Part shown: piece by piece, positions 13,845 to 24,300 of the stretch
Position numbering within the stretch: the first letter of the stretch is position 1
Layout of the letters: each line of letters opens with the position of its first letter
Origin: Oikopleura dioica
Taxonomy: Eukaryota > Animalia > Chordata
Direction: 5' to 3'
Assembly: GCA_907165135.1 (NCBI GenBank)
Contig: OU015568.1
Location: 7,316,001 to 7,380,000, forward strand
DNA length: 64,000 nucleotides
Notes under the pieces: model-generated
Seen by the model: only the letters and a program-made list of their open reading frames with translations
Databases searched by the model: none
What the model was told of the DNA's origin: nothing
Program-made: the position numbers and the translations under genes

Positions 13845-15134
13845 ATGCAGAATCGGATGAAAGAAGTGATCCGGGCCCTGCCCAGGATCAAAGAACACCA
13901 CATTCGCGAAAACTACGCTCCTCCCAGCAATGACCAGTACCATTCCTACGTCCAAGACAACATGAAAAACCTCTACCGAAAGAACCAGCCGATTTTTCTT
14001 TGGGACGGAACGCCAATTCACACCGGCGCGAAGCCATCTATTGGAGCTGACCACAAGTTTATTTATGGCTACTTCCGGGGTCAGCATGGAAAGAAGCGGG
14101 GTGCTCATTTTGTCGGGCAGAATCGACAATACGGAACGAAATGGACCAATTCCATGCAGCTTTTGCCCAGGCATCAATTCGACTTGTGAGTGAATCAATT
14201 AAAAAATGAGCTCGGCAACCTGTTTGAAAAAACTGAGTCAGGGTCCGCGAAAGATCTTTCATACCTTGAGTCAGGTACTCTACACAGATTGCTTAGCCAA
14301 GACTCCCCATAACTGCAGTAATTGTCTTTATTTCAAGTGACGAGCGCACAAATAAAATCTACGAACCAATAACTCTCTGGGACATTCAACGACTAGTCGA
14401 GCTCGGTCGACTTGATCCAACAAAAATCATCGACATCACCGCTATCATCAATGCTAGAGCCATGGCTCCCGCCGAGTATGATCAATGACGGAATATTTCA
14501 ATAATGAACATATATTTTCAGCTTTTTCTGGAGCGAAGATATCATGGGATTAAGACTAGTTGCTGACGGAAAGAATGAGTTTTGCTCAAAGTTGAATATT
14601 GAGTTTCAAATGGCAGACAGAGGTGATTTTAATTGCACATTTTAATGATTGGTAAACAAGGATTTAGAGGCAATCGCCGCGGTAGAAAAGTGCGGTGGAA
14701 AATTCACCGCTGCGTTTTACGACAGAAAATCCATCGAGCTCGCCGTCAACCCTGTCGATTTTTTCCTCAAAGGAAAGCCAGTTTTGAAGCGGCAACTTCC
14801 ACCGCCATATCTTCTCAAATACTATGTTTCTCCGGAGATGAGGGGTTACTTGGCCGACAAAGATTTGGTCAATTTCGATAGACAGAAACTTGCAAAGGTA
14901 TTTTTTCAAATTGGGAAGGCTTGAATCATTATTTTTCTTCAGGAACTTGGTTATGAAAGTGTAGATATTTCAAATTGTGACATAATGAAAATGGAGAAAA
15001 GTCCGCGGCAGATATGGTATGGAATCGACCCTGGAAGTTTAGTGAATCTCGCCGAGAAACGAGTTTATAAAGCCTACGAATCTCCTGAAGAAGGAGAAGA
15101 AAAATCCATTGCCCAAGTTCAGCTTGAAAATTGA
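13845..15134 (+). CDS. MRPL15: Mitochondrial ribosomal protein uL15m, multi-exon, divergent N-half
   Basis: KEVIRALPRI; YEPITLWDIQRLVELGRLDPTKIIDIT; AIAAVEKCGGKFTAAFYD; GKPVLKRQLPP..YYVSPEMRGYLAD; KSPRQIWYGIDPGSLVNLAEK. Confidence 0.9.
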
Positions 15135-15171
15135 ACTGAAAAAATCAACTTTTTCCTTCAAAAATTTTAGA

Positions 15172-15372
15172 ATGGTGCGACACAAGCAAGCGTTTCTAGG
15201 GCTTACTTGGCAGTCGATGAGATCTGCGATGAAAAAGGACCCGAACAGAATTGCGCAGTACAAGTTATTCAACAAGACGCTCAACAAAGAGTTCCAAACA
15301 ACGCTGGCGGATCCTTCGAGGCTGATATATAAAAATGAATTGAAACATTCCGAACATACTGGGAAGGTGTAA
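15172..15372 (+). CDS. Small hypothetical ORF
   Basis: ATG-started 66-codon ORF just after the MRPL15 stop; no motif; may continue after an intron. Confidence 0.25.
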   Translation: MVRHKQAFLGLTWQSMRSAMKKDPNRIAQYKLFNKTLNKEFQTTLADPSRLIYKNELKHSEHTGKV

Positions 15373-15622
15373 ATTTTATTCTGCAGTTGTTTCTATCAAG
15401 ATTCACGTAGACAAAAAATGATCCTGATGACCCACTTCTGTTGCATGTTGACTCATTTCATGATTCCATCTTCTCTTTTTCGATAATCATTTTTGCTGGA
15501 TAACAACGATGCGGATACTGATTTAGATACTGACTCATTTCATCATTCAATTTTTTGATAATCATTTATAAATCCTATATGAGATTTTCTTAAATATAGA
15601 AATTAAGACCTCTTCGAGGTGT

Positions 15623-16227
15623 GACGATTTTCAATAAGGAATTCTGAGTGAAATCCTTACCCCCCTTTTTTATTAGCTCATTTAAAAGAGCGTAAAAAGT
15701 TATGCCAGATTCCACCAAAAAGGATGAAATTTTTGAAGTTATTACGTCATAGCACGTGATTGAAGTTCCAAAAGTACCTTTTCTTCCGGACATCGGCATT
15801 TCCGACTACTCTTAGGTACGCAGGCATGCGATACATGAAAATGATCGTCTCGTCGAGCTCTACATCGGCGTGTCAGTCTCAAACCTTTTCATCCCTTTTT
15901 TCTCGAAATCAATATTTTCAGCAAACAGCTGATTTTAGAAAGGGATGGAAAACTAAATTACAAGGATTGAAACCAAGATGCCGATGTAGAGCTCGACAAG
16001 ACGATCATTTTCATGTATCGCATGCCTGCTCAGCTAAGAGGACTTGGAAATGCCGATGTCCGAAAGAAATGGTACTTTTGGAACTTCAGTCACGTGGCAC
16101 GAGGTCAATATTTTGAAAATCTCTTGATTTTTTCAGTGTTTCTAGTGTAACTTTTTACGCTCTTTCTAACAAGCAAATAAAAGAGGGGGGTAAGGATTTC
16201 ACTCAGAAATCCTTATTGAAAATCGTC
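15623..16227. mobile_element. MITE-like non-autonomous DNA transposon (~605 bp) with ~190-bp imperfect TIRs
   Basis: gacgattttcaataaggaattctgagtgaaatccttacccccc at 15623 is the near reverse complement of the stretch ending at 16227; the inner arm cacgtgattgaagttccaaaagtacc..cggacatcggcatttcc is also mirrored; TGT flanks both ends. Confidence 0.82.
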
Positions 16228-16264
16228 TGTCGCTAGCAGGACCAACAAATAAGCTTTGATTTTT

Positions 16265-17509
16265 ATGATAGGAATCTTCCTAAAATCAGAGTTATCCAAT
16301 CAAGGTTAAATATACTCAACATGAAAAAGCATCCCTTTATCATTTCGGCTTGCAAATATTTGAATCACTGGTTATTGAAGACGTAATAATTTTCACCTCG
16401 AAAGCAGGCCTAAATGCCTTCAATCACATACTGCACAGAAAGACCTTTATACGTCACCCTATACGCGACTCAATCTACGCAAACAAGTCTGCTTTCTGCC
16501 TCGTGAAAAACAAGACGCGTTCGAGGACGCTGTTTGATTATTTCGAAGAGAACATAGAAATTGAGCCGGAAGCGTTGTCGATCGATTTGGAAAGGGATTA
16601 TGTGGATGCGTACTGGCAGGCAATGTCAGCGCGCGAGCAGCTTATCGAGAAGCACAGTAAAGGTGCGATAATTTTTGAAATTTCTGAAATGAAAAAATCG
16701 ATTGTCGATTTTACGCGTTTTTAGAGCTTTCGAGGTTCTGCTCTGTTTCATTGAGGAAAAATGAAAACTGTGACTCGTATCATATGACAGTTTTAAATGG
16801 AAACTATGAGACTATTTATGATAGGAAGAAATTTCAACCGCCGGATAAAGAAGATAGAGACAGTTTAATCGAGATTTTTGATAATCATTATATTATCGCG
16901 TTTATGGCTGCGGAGATTTTCGCTACTGTTGGATACAGGTAAATAATAAACAGGACGATGCTGACCTGGACTCGACAACCTGTGAACAAACCTGAGTCTC
17001 CGCTTTTTAAGAAATTCAAAACCTGACTGAAGTTTTGTACACAGGTTGCAGAGCCCAAAAGAAAACAAATCATTATTTGTTTCGTAAAAATTTGACATCA
17101 CCTGATTTATCTTGATTTTAGGCCAGATTGGAAAAGAGTAGTGAATCTCCCTTACGATCCGTACGTCTACCGCCGCATTCTGTATTCTGCTGAGTTGACT
17201 TTCATGCAAATCATCGATCCCATGACGCTAGAAGCCATGGCTCGCCACATTCTGCACCTGGACTGCTTCGACGAATTCTCAAACTACGAATCGGTTCAGT
17301 ACTTGATGGAAATTTTTCAAAGAGTCTTTCTGTACGAAAACGAAAAGGCACGGCTGTATGAAGGCCAAGCGAGTATCGTCAAACTCAAGGACGTTTATGT
17401 CGACTTGGTGCTCGATGGAAAGGAAAATTTTAATTGGACGGAAGTTGAAAAACGCAAATTCCACAAGCTGCAAAAGTTTATTCTCAAAAAAGCAGCCAGT
17501 GATGATTAG
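16265..17509 (+). CDS. Unidentified multi-exon gene
   Basis: Open plus-strand segments 16350-16724, 16751-16942 and 17141-17509 separated by GT..AG introns; no motif recognised; start uncertain. Confidence 0.5.
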
Positions 17510-17537
17510 CAAGTCTGTTAAAAATAATTTATCTAGA

Positions 17538-19575
17538 ATGGACTTTGATGATGATGAATTCGACGATGACGAGTACGACTTCGAGGACGACGAAGAGGAC
17601 GAGGAAGAAGATTTTGAAGAGGATGTTGTCGTCGCGACAATCGAAGCAGAGCCGAAAAAAGAACCTAAACTTGTTGAATTGTTCAACACAGAAGATGTCT
17701 TCCGCTATTTACAAGAAATCTTAAAAGAGCTCGCCCAGATAACCGACCTGCCCAAAGTACGAATACTTGATCAATTTCCGTATCTGATCGTCTTTTAGAC
17801 CGTACTGCGCCTTCTACTAAACGATTACAAATGGGACAAGAGCGATTTCCTCGAAAAATTCTACGAAAATCCTACTCGTTTGCTCAAAGGAATCACCTCC
17901 TCTCAAAGTAATCAATCGCAAAATTCTCAGAAATGCCAAGATTGCCAGACATTTGATTGTGATATCTGTATCATGGAATTTGAAACAGAAGAGTCAACTG
18001 GTATGAAGTCTCTCATTAAATTTCCCATATTTTTATTTTAGGAACTTCCAATTGTCAACACCGCTTTTGTAAAAGCTGCTTTGTGTATTATATAAAAGAA
18101 AAAATCAACAACGGAACCTCATTACTCAGATGCCCAGCTCACAAGGTTTGCTGTCCATAAAAATAGCTACTGACGGTAATTACAGTGCCTCGCATGCATC
18201 GAAGACTCCCAAATACTCGAACTCCTGTCCAGTGATCCCGCAACTTCCAAAAGATTCAAAAGAAATCTCGTTAATGCATTTGTTACGAGCCACCCGAGGA
18301 CGACATTCTGCGCCCAGCCAGACTGCGAAATGATCTTCAAGGCAAATCAAGCCGATGCGAACAAAGATATCGGCAGCGAAATAAACTGTTCTTGCGGCGA
18401 AGCACTCTGTTCCCGATGCGGGGAGACCTGGCACAGTCCAGTGAAATGCAGTCTTTTGAAAAAATGGCGGAGAAAGTGCGAAGATGACTCGGAAACATTC
18501 AACTGGATACATGCAAATACAAAGGTTGTGAACTCAAATGAGCTGTTTTTCGTTACTTTTCTATTAAAAGATTGAAGTCAAAGGAATCCAAGAATACTAT
18601 AAAATAAGTAAATATTTTCGCTCACTAAAGGTGACAAATTCCACTTATCAGACTTTTTCAATTATCAAATCCTTATCCATTTATACCTTCTGTTTTAAAA
18701 TTTATCGAGTTTCTTAACTAGAAACTAATGTTACTTCAAGGACTGTCCAAAATGTCACACAACAATCGAAAAAGACGGTGGATGCAATCATGTTGTTTGT
18801 AAAAGCCCTGTGAGTTAGAGCCCTTTCTGATTGTTTTTTATTCAAACTATCATTTCTAGTCCTGTAAATACGAGTTCTGCTGGGTATGCCTGGGAAACTG
18901 GGACAAGCATGGCTCCTCTTTCTATAATTGTAACCGCTACAATGAAGAGAAAGATACGATGAAGGAAAGCCAAGAGCGCTCGAGGCAGAATCTCAACAGA
19001 TATGTTCACTATTACAACAGACAGAAAAACCACGAAGAGTCGATCAACCTCGAGCACAAACTCAAAGCAACGGTCAACGAAAAGATCCACGTGAGTAGTT
19101 CCTATAGTAGTGAAAGCTAAAGATTTTGTCAAGGAACTGATGACGAGAGACATGTCCTGGGTGGAAGTAGAATTCTTGAACACGGCAGTGGATATTTTAC
19201 GCTCCTCGAGAAGGTGTTTGATGTTCAGTTATGTTTTTGCTTTTTACCTGAAGAAGACCAACTCGGCTGAAATTTTTGAGGACAATCAGGTAAAGTCTTC
19301 CTTGTTTTCTGCTTTTTAATGCTTTGGAAGGGTGATCTGGAAGGGGCGACAGAAGATCTTTCGGGCTTTCTCGAGCGGCGCTTGCCCTCTTCGTCGGAAG
19401 AAATCGGAGAAGTCAAGCGACGCGTGCAAGATAAAGCGAGATATTGTCATGAGCGATCAAAAGTAAGAGATCTTCTTTCTCTAAACCGCGCTCATGAGTT
19501 TTCTAGCGATTGATAGAACATGTATTCGAAGGCTATTCAAACGACTCGTGGCAGTACACTGATAAATACTACTAA
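17538..19575 (+). CDS. ARIH1: Ariadne-1 RBR E3 ubiquitin ligase, multi-exon
   Basis: Acidic N-terminus; RING1/IBR cysteines; WIHANTK|DCPKCHTTIEKDGGCNHVVC (RING2); Ariadne domain RYVHYYNR..GDLEGATEDLSGFLER; ends HVFEGYSNDSWQYTDKYY*. Confidence 0.93.
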
Positions 19576-19706
19576 ACAATCTTCAGCACAGTTTTTATTT
19601 TCAACACATTTTTCTTTTTCTTCAACCTGTGACACAAACTCAAAGGATAAATAAACCCAGTTATGATAAAAAAACAATGAAAATCAACAGTGTTTTCTTT
19701 CTGAGA

Positions 19707-21206
19707 ATGGAATGTGATCAGCCGAAAGAAAAGCGAATAAATACCGATAGTTCTACCAACGTCTCCGAGGAGCTGAAAAACTGGATGAGAAAAAATGAAA
19801 TCGCGACGATTCCAGAGAGCGAAATGATTTTGAGATACAGTGAGAAGGAACATCGAGAGCTTCTTGGTGCTAGTCCGTGGACCAAAGATCCGCACTATTT
19901 CAAGCTTTGTAAGATATCAGCCGTTGCTCTGTTGAAAATGCTTATTCATGCTAACTCTGGAGGAAATATTGAGGTGAGATTTCATGGAAGTTTTGAAGTG
20001 GTAGATACGGAGAATGTTCCAAAAACGTAGTCGAAACAGAAAAGTCTACCCCGAGGATCAGTTTTTGCAATTTCGATTTACCGAGCATATGAATCCTTTA
20101 GAAGTTTTTATCTTCGCAAGGGCAGAAAACCCGGATCAAGTTGTTATCTAGCATCTGGTGCGCTAGAAAAGCGCGTTCTCTGCTATAAAGTGTCATTATG
20201 ATTATTCTTCTTCCAGGTGATGGGTCTGATGCTTGGAAAGATTGACGAGACGACAATGATAATCCACGACGTTTTCGCACTGCCAGTTGAGGGGACGGAG
20301 ACTAGAGTCAATGCACACACGCAAGCTTATGAGTACATGTCGAAATATGTGAATGATAAGCAACATGTCCAGCGACTAGAAAATGCCATTGGTTAGTTGA
20401 AAAAATTTTCCGACCCGTTCCATTTTTGAATTCCAAGGTTGGTACCACTCTCATCCTGGCTATGGCTGCTGGCTATCCGGAATCGATGTGGGCACACAAA
20501 GTCTTCATCAACAATTTGAAGGTGTTTTTCAATCCCTGAAATATTTATTTACGGCATTTTAGAGCCATACGTCGCAATTGTAGTCGATCCAGTGAGGACA
20601 AAATCGACCGGAAAAGTGAACATCGGCGCATTCAGAACATTTCCAAAGGGTTATCTTCCCTCACACGAAGAAGCAGCTGAATATCAATCTATTCCAATAG
20701 AGAAGATTGAGGACTTTGGCGTCCACGCGAATCAGTATTATCAGCTTGATATTGAAGTATTCACGGTAAAAAGGGACATAATTAGACGCTTTCTGAACTC
20801 TATTTTTAGACACAAACGGATCAGAATATGCTAAAGTCGCTTTGGAATAAGTACTGGCCATCAACGCTTTCTATGTCTTCTCTTCATGAGTAAGAATTAA
20901 CTAACTTGCTTATGAGACAAAAATTTTTAGTAACCGAAAATATTTGACAAACTCGATCAACGATGTTGGCGCGAAAATCGAGCTCATCGCTGAAAAAGTA
21001 AAAATTTGGGTAATTTGCTGAAATCTAAAGTCTGAAATTAGGTCAGTAAGCAAGGTTATGGCAGCGCAGCCGGAGTGAATCCAGCTGCTGGAATGAACAA
21101 ACTAAACAAAGTCATTGTTGACGCAGAAAAGATCTTTCAGGAAGTTCAAACTGGCCTCCACATGCAAAACTTAAAACGAGACATATTTTCTTCATTTCTT
21201 CACTGA
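19707..21206 (+). CDS. COPS5: COP9 signalosome subunit 5 (JAMM metalloprotease), multi-exon
   Basis: [33 protein letters not shown]|[22 protein letters not shown]..|[17 protein letters not shown]. Confidence 0.95.
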
Positions 21207-21312
21207 CCTGACTCACTACCCTGTACTTGTTTCCTTTGAGAATAAAACTGAAAATCAACGTTCGGAAAAAACGATTCTGAAATGATTCTTTGAGTTTCAG
21301 AAAAAGAAATTA

Positions 21313-24300
21313 ATGGAAAGTGGGAATCAAAAGGCGGGCTTAGGTTCAATTCAATGGTGGGGCTTTTCTCCTGCGACAGATCTCGCTCAATATGCGGCTA
21401 ATAAAGATGAAGAGTTGAATGTTTTGCTTGTTGGGCCTGGCGATGTCCGACATGTTTTACGGACAGTAGCTGAGAATCCTGGACGAAAAATAAATTTTTA
21501 TATCTATGAATCGCATGTCGAATGTATTGCTCGGCATTTGCTGCTTCTACTAGCTAAGGGTTCAATTTTCCAAAATTAAAATTACGATATCTTCAAAATT
21601 GACCCCCTTAAAGTCGCTTCAGAACCGAACGGCGCTTATTCACTTCAGAATAAAACTGCTCTCTATCTGGACATCTTCGGAAACACCCTTCTTCGTCCCG
21701 CCAGTCAAAGCTACCTGTTTCAAAAATCACGGGTTTTATCAGATATGGTTACCGACTCTTCTTACTGCAAGAAGAGAGCCTCGTTTCTTGAGCTCGATCG
21801 GCTAAAGTTCAAGGATCGCGACCGACTTGATGACCAGTTTGTATTTTGGAGATCGGCGAAGGACAAATTCATGGTAATTCACCCTGAAATTTGTGTAAAA
21901 AACCGGTTTTAGGTTAGCCAGCAATGGGATATCAGGCAAAGACAGTACATGGGCTCGAGATACGACGCGAGGGAAGGAGCGTTTGACTGGGATCTGCAGA
22001 TGGGTCTTCATGACCGAGGAGCAAAGGTTGTTTTTGTCTCTGAAATCTGAAAATAAAAGAAAAGTTAAGACGATTATGAAACACGAGTACAAGAATTTCC
22101 GGGCCACTGGCGTTGCTTTTTCACCCGAAGAAAATGAAAACCACGAAGCTCCAAACAGATCTCTTTCTTCGAGCAAAGTAATGGGAGATGGCCGTGGCGA
22201 TAAAAACGCTTACAGAGGATACTGGGTAGGAAAAAAGGTGTAGCAAGAGGCGTCGTAATTATCTATTTAAGCCGACTACTAGGACACTAATATAAACACC
22301 GGAAGGTCACCGGATGTTATTCTCTTCCGGTAAACTTCCGGAAAAGAATAACATCCGGTGACCTTCCGGTGCACTTCCGGTTTAAATCAGTCTTGTTTTA
22401 TTATAAGTGAAAATATATAATTTATTATAAACAAATAAATATTTAGATAAAAACTTCAGTCACCAAATAAATAAATATTTAGATAAAAACTTCAGTCACC
22501 AAATAAGTAAATATAAAAATAAATCTCTCAATCTTGAATTCGCGCTCGGGAGAGTAGTAGGACGTGATCCTCAGAAGATGGCTCCCACGTGACGTCCGTC
22601 GAGCGGAGATAGTCATCCAGTCTTCGAGCCAGAAGTTTTCGCGCTCTTTTTTTCTTTTTTTTCTTATGTTGGCTTGAATAATTTCACGTAAAAATAATAA
22701 AGAAGGCTATGAAGATAAAACTCGTGCGATATTATTTTAAGCCCACCTGGAAGTCAACATAAGTGTGAGCTTCCTGATTTTTTTGCATTTTATACGTGCT
22801 TTTTGCTAAATCAATAAAAATGTTCCGAATATATAATCTCTCTTACCAATCATTTTGTAATCATGACCCATCAGGCGAATTGAATCGCCCTTCACCACAT
22901 CTTTTCGCTGCACCCATCGTCCATTCTCCTCAAAATATCTTTTTGGCATATTATATAAGCGTTCATATTTGCAAAAAAAAAAAATATATATATATATCTC
23001 ATGCGTTTCCTTCCGTTCACGACAAGGAATAAATATTCTGCCGGTCGTATTTCCTCATTGCCACACAGGAGGCATTCTCCCTTCGCGACTATTTCTTGCA
23101 AATTTATATCTTTGCTGTCCAAGGCGTCTTCAATGAAAATTTCACAGAAGAAGGGCTCCTAAAAATCTTAGAACAAGAAAAAAAAAAGGGCGAATTACCA
23201 TGCAAGACTCGCAACAACGAAAATCTTCCAAGATCTTCTGCTTATTTTCACCGTCACTTATTTGGGGTTCTTATTTGAAAAAATACTCATTGTTCATTTG
23301 ATTAAGAATCTTTCTTCTAACGATAAAAGATTTCATATTGAGAATTTGATTAAGATATTTTTATTAATGAACCACACCTTTCGGAAAAATTTTTCAATAA
23401 CCCTCGTAGACCTTCGGTTACTCCGAGTCCAGTTTTAGTCCATCTAAAACCGCTCTCCCAGAGTAACCTTTTTGTTTCCTTGACGACATCATCGAGTGCT
23501 TGAACCGCTTAGCAGGTTGTTAAATATGCGTCGCGGAATAAAAAAAAAAGACTTACTGTTGACAAATGTCAGTTTTTGCATCTCTGCGATGAGACAGTTG
23601 GCCGGCTTCAGCTTTCGAATACAGCCTGCAATGAGAAGAAGATTCACTTAAATACGAGTTCAGTTATTTTTAAGGGAGCAAGCGGCTTCGTTCACAACTT
23701 GCGAACGCCGTTCGTTATCTTGTAAACACCGTTCACAAGGAGAAAATTTTGACCAATAATCGTTCACAACTTTTTTCATCACGTGTCCGAGCGCTAGAGA
23801 AACACTGCTCCTGTCAACCAAATGAGTTTTATACCAGAAAATGCTTGAAACGAACACTCATGGTAAGATTTTCTCCGTTGCGAACGGCGTTCACAAGATT
23901 ACGAACGGCGTTCGCAAATTTCGAACAAAGATACACATACCGGCTGCAGACAACCAACACGTAGAGTAAGCAAGATGCTCCGCTTCGCCGGCTTTCTCTC
24001 CCTTATTTATGAATCCTCGATCCGCAAGGTGCTTGTTTGACAAAAAGTCGGGGTCAACTAGATCCCAGGGGGCGACTTCGATGGGTTCCTCGACGACCTC
24101 ATGAACGTCGTCGTCCTCACGATCGTCGATGACCTCACGAACATCGTCGTCCTCGGCCTCGTCATCTTCGTCCTCAGGAGGAACAAGAGGGTCCTCAATT
24201 GGCCCCTCGTCAGGAAGCTCGCCGTCGGACTCATGACCGGGGTCCACCTCCATGTTCTCGCCATCGAGTCTTCGATGGTGAATAAATACTTATTTCCGGT

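Noticed and set aside
13839-14198. 119-aa minus-strand ORF
   Set aside because: Antisense to an MRPL15 exon; no independent motif
22441-22512. 36-bp direct repeats as a CRISPR array
   Set aside because: Copies are adjacent with no spacer, only two units, eukaryotic context, no cas genes
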